Assembly: GCA_041394905.1 (NCBI GenBank)
Contig: JAWKHJ010000004.1
Coordinates: 398,952-462,951 of the forward strand
DNA from: Bryobacterales bacterium
Lineage (GTDB): Bacteria; Acidobacteriota; Terriglobia; Bryobacterales; UBA6623
Length of the DNA stretch: 64,000 nt
Direction: 5' to 3'
Below the pieces are notes generated by a model, which did no database searches, was not told where the DNA came from, and was given only the letters and a program-made list of their open reading frames with translations. The position numbers and the translations under genes are program-made. Positions within the stretch are counted from its first letter, which is position 1; every line of letters starts with the position of its first letter. Below, one piece after another: positions 42,502 to 50,562 of this stretch.

Positions 42502-44501
42502 ATGTCGCGCCTGCTCTTGCCTGCTCTGCTGCTTGTCTCCCTGACCCTGCCAGCCGCCACGCCTCCGCCCTCGGTCGACCGCGACGTGGCCGAATGGGCC
42601 ATCCGTCTCGGCGGCGCCGTCGTCGTCGAAGGCGGCCATGAGCGCATCCGCCGGCTCGACCGCCTACCCGCGGACGACTTTCGCGTCGAAGAGCTCAACC
42701 TGGTCGGTTGCAACATCGACCCGCCGGATCTCTACCGCCTCAGCCCGCTGCTCGCTCTCAAACGCATCCATCTGCCGGGCCCCATGTGGAATCCGCGCGC
42801 GGGCGCCAACAAGGACTACAGCGCCGATCTCGGCTATTTCGCCACCCTGCCCAAGCTCGAAGAGCTGACCTTCAGCTACACCTTCCTCGCCACCATCAAG
42901 TTCCACGACGAGGGCCTGGCGATGCTCGCCCCTCCGCCGACTCTCTCAAGCGTCTACGCCTGCGCCGGACCCAGATGAAGGGCCTGACCCTGGCGCTGTA
43001 CCGCAACCTAGAATCGCTCGACCTCATCTTCAGCTCCATCACCGATCCCGCCATGGAGCACATCGGCCGCATGAAGAATCTGCGCGACCTGTGGCTGCGC
43101 GACACCAACATCACCGACGCCGGCATGGTCCATCTCGACGGCCTCACCGAGCTGCGCGAGCTCGACTTGCAAGGCCTGCCCCTCACCGACGCCGGCCTCG
43201 CCCACGTCGCCAACCTCAAAAAACTCACTCGCCTCGAACTGCTCGGCGCCGACATCACCGACTCCGGCGTCGAGGTCCTGCGTGACAAGACCGACCTCGA
43301 AGTCTTGAGCCTCTACCGCTCAAAAATCACAAACGCCGGCCTCGACGTTCTCAAGGGCCTCAAGAAACTCCGCCAGCTCGACCTGCGCTATACCCGCGTC
43401 ACACAAGGCGGCGTCGACGCCCTGCGCCAAGCTTTGCCTGACTGTGAGATCGCTTTCCTCGACACCGCCCCCATGCCCGTCGGGGGCCATGAGGTCACCA
43501 TCTTGAGCGACCGCTCGCCCCAGTCCGTCGCGGGGTGGGTGCGCAGCGTCGGAGGCGAGGCTAAGCTCGACGGCGGAGAAGTCGTCGCCGTCTCGCTCAA
43601 CAACACGCCTGTCACGGACGCCGAGATCGCCAACCTCGCCGGCCTCGCCAAACTGCGCAGCCTCGACCTCGAAAAGACCCAGATCGGCGACCTCGCCCTC
43701 GAACAGCTCACCGGCCTCCCCGCGCTCGAAAGCCTGAACCTGCGCCACACCACCGTCTCCGACGCCGGCCTTGCTTCGATCGGCAAGCTGCGCTCCTTGC
43801 GCTCGCTCGACCTGAGCCACACGCTCGTCGAAGGCCCCGGCTTGAAGGATCTCCAGCCGCTGGGCGGTCTGCGCCAGCTCTCTCTGCTGAACGTGAAGAT
43901 CGGAGACGACGCCCTCGCCGCGCTCGTCGATCTGCCCGCGCTGCGCACGCTCTCGCTCGCCTACACCGACATCACCGACTCCGCCGGCGCCACGCTTGGC
44001 AAAATGAGCGGCCTCACCTCGCTCGACCTCACCGGCACCGACGCCGGCAACGAGTCCATGGCCGGGGTCGGCCAACTCGGCGCTCTCGAATTCCTGGGCT
44101 TGAGCTACACCCGTGTCACAGACGAGGGGCTCGCCAAGCTCTCCGCGCTCGACAAGTTGCAGACGCTGCACTTGGTCCGTACCTGCATCGAGGACGACGG
44201 CATGAGAGCCGTCGCCGCCCTGCCCGCGCTGCGCGACCTCAACCTCGACTACACCGAAGTCTCCGACGAAGGCCTCGCGCTTCTCAGCTCCGAGCAGCCT
44301 CTCGAACGCCTCTCACTCGACAGCGCGCACATCTCCGACGAAAGTCTCGGAACCCTCACGCGCCTGCCGCACCTGAAGATGCTCGACCTCTATCACACAC
44401 TCGTCACAACCGGCGCGAAGGAGAAGCTCGACGTCGCCTTGCCCGAGTGCAAGATCGTCTTCGACGCCGACTCGAGCCGACCCACTCGCCGCCGGAGCTA
44501 A
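42502..44501 (+). CDS. Secreted leucine-rich-repeat (RNI-like LRR) protein; one missing base in C-run 42929-42932
   Basis: Signal peptide MSRLLLPALLLVSLTLPAA in ORF 42502..42978. The body is in ORF 42708..44501, with about 20 units of L..L.L..T.ITDAGL..L..L. Making the C4 run C5 joins ...HDEGLAMLAPSADSLKRLRLRRTQMKGL. Confidence 0.8.
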
Positions 44502-44510
44502 TCCAACGAC

Positions 44511-45602
44511 ATGCGCCTACTCGTCACCCTTCTCGCCTGTGCGCTCACGCTACCCGCCGCCGAGCTCGCCCACACCGACGTCGCCCGCTGGATCGATTCC
44601 GTCTCCGGCACGTATGAGCGCGACGCCCAAGGCCACATCGTCGCCGTCGACTTGTCTTCGTCCTGGATCTCCGACGACGACATGGAGCTCATCGCGCGCC
44701 TAGACCATCTCGAGCGGCTCAACCTGGCCTACACCTGGATCAGCGACCTCGGCATGGACCGCCTCGAGCCGCTGCGCAACGTCCGCGAGATCGACCTGCG
44801 CTACTGCGACTACCTGACCGATGGCGCCGTCATCCCGATGAAGAACTGGTCCAAGCTCGAAGTCTTGAACCTGGAGGGCACCGACGTCACCAGCCGCTCG
44901 TTCGAGCACATCGCCAACCTCGAAAACCTGCGCGTGCTCCACGTGGGCCACAGCCGCGTCGAGGACGAAGGTTTCGAGAACCTCGCCTCGCTCTCCAAGC
45001 TCGAAGAGATCGGCTTCGGCGGCGACAAGATGAGCGGCCGCGCCCTGCCTCTGCTCAAGATGCTGCCTTCGTTGAAGCGCGTCGTCATCGGCGGCCTGCA
45101 ACGCACCGACTCGGGCCTCTGGACCGTCGACCTGACCGATTTCAACCTCGACCGCATCGCCGAGCTTACCCAGCTCACCGACCTCGACTTGCACGACTCG
45201 AAGATCGGCGACCGCGGTCTGGAGCGCCTCGAAGGCTTGCAGCAGCTCGAACGGCTCGACCTGAGCGGAACGGAAATCGGCGCGAGCGGCGCCCCAGCTT
45301 TAGCGAAATTCCAAAACCTCGAATCGCTGCGCCTGTTCGGATGTTCAGAAGCGGGCGACAAAGTCGCCTCCACCGTGCGCAGCTTGGCCAAGCTCCAAAC
45401 GCTCGACCTGGCCAAAACCGCGCTCACGGACAAGGGCCTAGCCCAGCTCGAAGCCCTCCCCGCTCTGCGCAACCTCTACGTCAGCGAAACCCAAGTCACC
45501 CCCGACGGCGTCGCCGCCTTCCGCAAGGCCAATCCCAACGTACACGTCTCCTGGGCGGAACCCGCCTACGCAGTCGAACGCTACAAAAACGTCGCCCCCT
45601 GA
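44511..45602 (+). CDS. Secreted leucine-rich-repeat protein (second, shorter paralogue)
   Basis: Intact 363-aa ORF starting 9 nt after the preceding stop. Signal MRLLVTLLACALTLPAAE and the same LRR unit type (LERLDLSGTEIGASGAPALAKFQNLESLRL...). Confidence 0.8.
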   Translation: MRLLVTLLACALTLPAAELAHTDVARWIDSVSGTYERDAQGHIVAVDLSSSWISDDDMELIARLDHLERLNLAYTWISDLGMDRLEPLRNVREIDLRYCDYLTDGAVIPMKNWSKLEVLNLEGTDVTSRSFEHIANLENLRVLHVGHSRVEDEGFENLASLSKLEEIGFGGDKMSGRALPLLKMLPSLKRVVIGGLQRTDSGLWTVDLTDFNLDRIAELTQLTDLDLHDSKIGDRGLERLEGLQQLERLDLSGTEIGASGAPALAKFQNLESLRLFGCSEAGDKVASTVRSLAKLQTLDLAKTALTDKGLAQLEALPALRNLYVSETQVTPDGVAAFRKANPNVHVSWAEPAYAVERYKNVAP

Positions 45603-45697
45603 AGGACACAACAGGGTGCAAGAATGAAGACAGACCACACAGGCCCAAAGCATTTGGAACCCCCTGGTATTCTGAAGTTGGGATCGAATCTAAGGTC

Positions 45698-45720
45698 CGG
45701 ACAGCAGAATGTCCGTTTTT
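45698..45720 (+). terminator. Candidate rho-independent terminator downstream of the LRR pair
   Basis: CGGACA-GCAGAA-TGTCCG (6-bp stem, 6-nt loop) is followed directly by TTTTT at 45716-45720. It lies 96 nt after the 45602 stop. Confidence 0.4.
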
Positions 45721-45737
45721 GTCGCGATTTGTCCGGG

Positions 45738-47405
45738 CTAGAGGCCTAATTCAAGTTTGATGCTCTCGGCATAGCCGTCGATCGCCGACAAGCTCACCGC
45801 TCCCACGCCCTGGGCAGCAAGCAAATCGCGCACGTCGTCGCCCAACGCATCTTCGGCCACAACCGTCAGGCCGGCGTCAGTCTTGCTGAGCCTGCGGTAT
45901 TGCTCGAGCACGAAGCTCAGCCGCGCCGCCTGGGCATCGGCCGAACGCAAGCCCAGCGCATGCACGAAGCGTTCTTCCTTGGTCGGCCGCAGGTACTGGA
46001 AATCGAACGAAAACGTCAAACCCGAAGCCCCGTAGCGGACCTCGACGTCTCTTTGCATGCCGTGCCCATTACGAAACAGCCCCTGGCGCGCGAACGCCTC
46101 GGTCGCCCGCAAGCGCACCCGCCGCCTCCCGCCGGGCCGCTCGACCGGGTCCGCCGGGCTCTCTTCGAGCGGCTGCGGCGTCGCCAGGTAGCAGCCGACC
46201 AGCCGTTCGATCTCGACCGTCGCGTCGGCCGCGAAGATCGATTGTGTGTTCGACAAATGCAGCGTATTCGCGAGATTTTCGACAAACGAGTCTAAATATC
46301 CGCTGAAATCCTCGCCCAGCAAGCGCCTGTCCTCGAACTCGTCGCGCATCGCCTCGAGCTCAGGGATCGACGCCGCCGGGTTGCAGCGCATCCTGCGAAA
46401 GTCGGGCGTAAACCGCGCATCCACGATGCGTCCGTGATGGTCGTAGAGCAGCACAGCGACGTTGTAGAACTCGCCGCTCACCATGTTCGGCGCATAACGC
46501 AGCAGCCTGAACGAATAGCGCTCCACGTTAACGCGCCCCCCGGATGCCGCCGCCAACCGCCACTCCGGAAACGGGTCGCGCGAGGCGAGCTTGCTCTTGC
46601 GAATCAAATCCGGCGTCTCCTTTCGACGCTCGTACAGCCGCTCGAGCAACGACTCGAGCGCATCCCAATCTTCGTCATACCAATCCGGCGGCACATACTT
46701 GTACGCATCGTCCAACACCGAGGGCGGCATGTTGAGAATGCGCCCTAGCCACGGCTCGAAGTCGTCGAAACCCTTGACGCCCTCATAGACCTCTCGGCGC
46801 GTGTAAAGGCCCTGCTCAGGGTTGTCGGAGAACTCCCAATGGTGCGCGTTGAAGGCGAAGCCGTGGTCGATCATGTTGGCCACGTAGACCAGAGAGCGAG
46901 GTCCGATTTCCGGGTCCTCTTCGATGCGCTCTTGCGAGAGCCAATCCGCCGCCTTCGCCCGAAAGAACACCGCCTGGCGTCCGTCCGCGTTCGAGACCCA
47001 CTTGTCGAAAGCCACCATCCCCAAAAACGACTCGCGGTTGACCACCATGCGCAGCAGAGTTAGCGGCACATAGTCGTAGATCGCCTGCCGCGTTGGATCC
47101 ACCGGATACCGCGATCCAAAATGCCGTCCCGGCCGGCAGGGCCGCAGCTCCTTGCCGTGCTCAGTCACCAGCTCCGGCGAAGCTTCGATCAGCTCTTCGG
47201 GCGCCTCGACGATCTCCCACGCCGGCACGGGAAGCTGCAGGTAATCAAGCAGCACGTAGCAGATCAGCTCGTTCACCAGCACGCGCGTATGCTGCGGGTT
47301 CTCACGGAACTTCACGACGTAGTACTGCCCGTCGTCGGCGAGCAGCATGTGCGAGCTCGACCCGCCCCGCATGCGTTTGATGTGCTGGCGCGCTCGGACG
47401 GACAT
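45738..47405 (-). CDS. Uncharacterised fusion: HipA-like kinase domain (aa 1 to about 290), DUF3037-like domain (from aa about 296), and an unassigned C-terminal module of about 130 aa
   Basis: Intact 555-aa ORF with ATG preceded by GGAGG. N-terminal motifs are GGSSSHMLLADDGQYYVVKFRENPQ, VNELICYVLLDYLQLPVP, FDKWVSNADGRQ and MIDHGFAF. The C-terminal part opens with YSFRLLRYAPNMVSGEFYNVAVLLYD, the pattern I remember as the start of DUF3037. Domain calls are from memory only. Confidence 0.6.
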   Translation of the reverse strand: MSVRARQHIKRMRGGSSSHMLLADDGQYYVVKFRENPQHTRVLVNELICYVLLDYLQLPVPAWEIVEAPEELIEASPELVTEHGKELRPCRPGRHFGSRYPVDPTRQAIYDYVPLTLLRMVVNRESFLGMVAFDKWVSNADGRQAVFFRAKAADWLSQERIEEDPEIGPRSLVYVANMIDHGFAFNAHHWEFSDNPEQGLYTRREVYEGVKGFDDFEPWLGRILNMPPSVLDDAYKYVPPDWYDEDWDALESLLERLYERRKETPDLIRKSKLASRDPFPEWRLAAASGGRVNVERYSFRLLRYAPNMVSGEFYNVAVLLYDHHGRIVDARFTPDFRRMRCNPAASIPELEAMRDEFEDRRLLGEDFSGYLDSFVENLANTLHLSNTQSIFAADATVEIERLVGCYLATPQPLEESPADPVERPGGRRRVRLRATEAFARQGLFRNGHGMQRDVEVRYGASGLTFSFDFQYLRPTKEERFVHALGLRSADAQAARLSFVLEQYRRLSKTDAGLTVVAEDALGDDVRDLLAAQGVGAVSLSAIDGYAESIKLELGL

Positions 47406-47461
47406 TCCGCCTCCGGTGCTTTCAAAGGGCGCTCCCTTTGATAGTCCAGGCGGCCATTATA
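47406..47461 (-). promoter_or_regulatory. Candidate promoter -10 box, structured 5' UTR and SD of the kinase-DUF3037 gene
   Basis: Minus-sense TATAAT lies at 47461-47456, with only a poor -35 (GTTTTC at 17-nt spacing). A hairpin CAAAGGG-AGCG-CCCTTTG lies at 47440-47423. GGAGG at 47414-47410 is 4 nt before the ATG. Confidence 0.4.
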
Positions 47462-47467
47462 CGGGTT

Positions 47468-47508
47468 TTGAGAAGAGAGAAAACAGGCGTTCGGAAATTC
47501 GTTCCGAA
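47468..47508 (-). terminator. Candidate terminator after the MltD-like gene
   Basis: Minus-sense TTCGGAA-CGAAT-TTCCGAA (7-bp stem, 47508-47490) lies 15 nt after the stop at 47523. It is followed after 6 nt by the T-rich TGTTTTCTCTCTTCTC. The stem is AT-rich, so this is weak. Confidence 0.3.
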
Positions 47509-47522
47509 ATGAGAAACAAGTT

Positions 47523-50402
47523 TTAATCGCCTGTTCCAGCGCGTTCGGAATAGCGAATCGTGAGGGTCGCTCCGGCGCGAATCCGGGGCGAGCTGAGGCT
47601 GTTCCAACGCATCAAATCATCGACGCTGACGTTGAAGCGCTTGGCGATCACTTCGAGCGTGTCGCCGGGGCGCACGCGGTAGCTGCTGCCGTTGGCCGGC
47701 GGCCGAGTGAGCAAGCGCTGGCCAACTTGCAGCCGAGTCGAGGCGAGCCCGTTCCAGGCCATGAGGTCGTCAACGCTCACGCCTTGCCGTTGCGCAATCA
47801 GGCCGAGCGTGTCGCCGGACTGAACGCGGTAGCTCGACGAGCTCGATGAAGATCCCCCGGAGGACGAAGGCGTGGCCGGCGCCGGCGCGGCGGAAGCCTG
47901 CGGGCGGCTCGACGGCGGGCGGACGATCAACGTTTCGCCGGCGACGATGCGGCTATTGCGCATCTTGTTCCAGGAGCGCAGGTCGCTCGCGCTCACGCCG
48001 AACCGCTCAGCGATACCGCCGAGAGTGTCGCCCGGCCGAATGCGATATTCCACTTGCGTCGAGCTCGAAGCCGAGGTCGAAACGGAAGCGGAAGCGCGCA
48101 CCGGCGCGGCCGCCTCGGCGCGGGTTTGCGTCTCACCGGCCGTGCTGACGATCAGAGACTGCCCCGGGCGAATCATGTTCGAGCGGAGCCCGTTCCAGCT
48201 CTTGAGGTTGGTGACGCTCGTGCCGAACCGCGAAGCGATGCCGCCCAGGCTGTCGCCCGACCGCACGGTGTAGCGGCGCCCCGTCGACGGCGCCGATTCC
48301 TCTTGTGTTTGCGCGACTTGCTCAGGCTCGGACTGGCTCGCGCCGGCGGGGTTGACGATCAGGTAGTCGCCAGCGGTGATGCGGGTACCGCGGATGCCGT
48401 TCCAAGCGCGCAGATCGCTGACCGAGACGCCGAAGCGTGCGGCGATCTCGCCTAGGTTGTCACCCGAGCGGATGCGGTATTTGCCGCCGGACGGGGCGGG
48501 CGAGGATCCACGCGAGGACGAAGAACTGGAGCTCGAGTGCGTCGAGGTCGAGCCGCCGGGAACCTTCAGGCGATCGCCCACCTGGATACGGGTCGAGCGC
48601 AGGCCGTTCCATGACTGCAGCTGCGAAGTGGTCACTCCGTAGCGTCGGGCGATACCGCCCAAGGTGTCGCCACGGCGGACCTGGTACAGGCCGTCTGGCG
48701 CGGAGCCCGATGAGGAGCCACCGGAGGACGACCCGACTTCGCCCTCGCGATCGGGGTCGACGATCAAGTAGCGGCCGGCTCGGATGCGCGTATTCGGCAA
48801 TCCGTTCCAAGCGCGCAACTGTGAGACGGAGACGCCGAAGCGGCGTGCGATCCCGCCCAGCGTATCGCCGCTGGCGATGCGGTAGCGGCCACCGCCGCCG
48901 ATGGTCGAGCCGCCGGCGCCGCCGCCGTAGCCGCGAAACACCCGCAGCTTCGTCTCGGTCGGAATGTTGATCGACATGCCGGCCGGGACGACTGTCGCGC
49001 CCGCCTCGAGTCCGTTCACCGCGATCAGTTGATCAACGCTGACCTTGTGCTTTTTGGCCAAGTCGGCCAACAGCGCGTCCTCGTCGCTGCTGTGGTGGCG
49101 CCACTGCATGCGCTTGTCTTCAGGCACGCTCTCGAGCTTCGCGAGGAAGTCTTCCGCAGCGCCCCTGGGCAGATGTAGCTCGTACTCGTAGGGCGGCGTC
49201 GCCGAACGCAGCAACGATGAGTTGAGGTCTTCGATCTCGGTCGCGCTCGTGCCGGCGATGTCGGCGATCAGGTCGAGACTGGCCTCCGAAGCGATCGTGA
49301 CCGTATCGTACTGGCGTTCGGGCGCATAGTCGATCGTGCCGACATCGTACATGTCGAGGTTCTTGTCGACATAGGCCATCGCCAGGATGATCGGCACGTA
49401 CTCGCGCGTCTGCCGAGGAAGCAACTGCCTGCGGCACATCTCCCAATAGTCGTGCGTGTTGCCGCGCTCGATGGCGCGCGTCACTCGGCCGGGACCGGCA
49501 TTGTAGGCGGCAAAGGCCAGGTACCAGTCACCGAACTCGATGTAGAGGTCCTTGAGGTGGCGTGCGGCGGCGCGTGTCGCTTTTTCGAAGTCGTAGCGCT
49601 CTTCGAGATAGCGGTCCTGGCGCAGACCGTACTGCTTACCGCGGAAAGACATGAACTGCCACATGCCGGTGGCGCGCGCGTAGCTGCGCGCCTTCGGCCG
49701 GAAGCCCGACTCGGCTTGGGCAAGATAGAACAGCTCTTTGGGTACGTCCTCTTCTTCGAGGATGCGTTCGATCGACTTGCGGTATGCGCCGGAACGACCC
49801 AAGGTGGCTCGCAGCGTTGCGCGCCCACGTCCTTCGGAGAAATGGTTGATCAGGCGCTTGACCTGGTCGTTAAGAGTCAGAGGCAACTGCGACTGCGTCT
49901 TCTGCAGCCGCTCTTCCCGCCACGCCGATGTCGACGTCTCGAGATGGATTCCTGCGTGATCTCGTCGAGCAGCGAACCTTCTTCCTCCTCGATCGCGGGC
50001 AAGTTGGGATCGAGGAACGCGTGCCGCCATCGACTGCTCGAGCGCGTCGTTGTCCAGCTGGCCTGCAAGCGCATGGACAGCTCATGCTCGCGCCGGGGCG
50101 GGAAGGCCGGTGTAACGGCGTTGGCTTGCGCAGCAGGTTGGCCGGAGACCGCGGCCGATCGAGGCGCAGGCGGCGCGGCGACTGGCGCTGTTGCCTGCGC
50201 TGGCGCTGGTAGCCGCGGCGGCCGTGGCCTGCGTCTCGGCGACGCCTCCGCAGCGGCAGCCGCTGCAAGGTTGCTGCGGCCGGGGCGCGGGAGGCTGAAC
50301 GGTTGTTGCGGTCAGGACGACGCCGCCGCATGAAGCCATCAGCGCACAGATCGTGGCCAAGCTCAGGCTGCGACGCGATCTTCCCCGGAAATGTCGGGTC
50401 AT
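47523..50402 (-). CDS. MltD-like lytic murein transglycosylase lipoprotein with SLT domain and 8 LysM repeats; 5' part (49930-50300) has at least 4 frame changes
   Basis: ORF 47523..50030 has an SLT block (AQAESGFRPKARSYARATGMWQFM...AAYNAGPGRV) and then repeated Y.V..GDTLGGIA.RFGVS...L..WNGL....I..G..L modules. The true N-terminus is MTRHFRGRSRRSLSLATICALMASCGG (lipobox) at 50402 in ORF 50082..50585. The intervening Ala/Pro-rich linker is readable only by hopping frames: ...HELSMRLQA / LDNDALEQSMAA / AFLDPNLPAIEEEEGSLLDEITQESI / LETSTSAWREERLQ. Confidence 0.8.
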
Positions 50403-50562
50403 GGACAAAAAAGAACTCGCCAGACGGGAGCGCAGACCGCCCTCGGGCTTAGCGGCGAGGATTACCGCCAATGCTAGCAAACACAGGGCAAGTTCAATTT
50501 GGGACCGCTTCGTCTCGGTCCTGTTTTGGTTCCTCTGATCCCTAAGATAACAAAAAAGCGAC

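Noticed and set aside
43320-44171. 283-aa minus-strand ORF with its own periodicity
   Set aside because: It is the antisense reading of the LRR repeats. The periodic Glu/Ala/Gly pattern mirrors the sense-strand LRR unit.
45676-45695. tRNA-like T-loop string GGGATCGAATCTAAGG
   Set aside because: No complementary T-stem, acceptor stem or anticodon arm can be drawn around it.
42900-49100. Periodic DNA repeats (LRR units, LysM units) as a possible CRISPR array or other non-coding repeat
   Set aside because: The repeats are imperfect, lie inside long ORFs with clear protein-repeat signatures, and lack the uniform repeat-spacer architecture.
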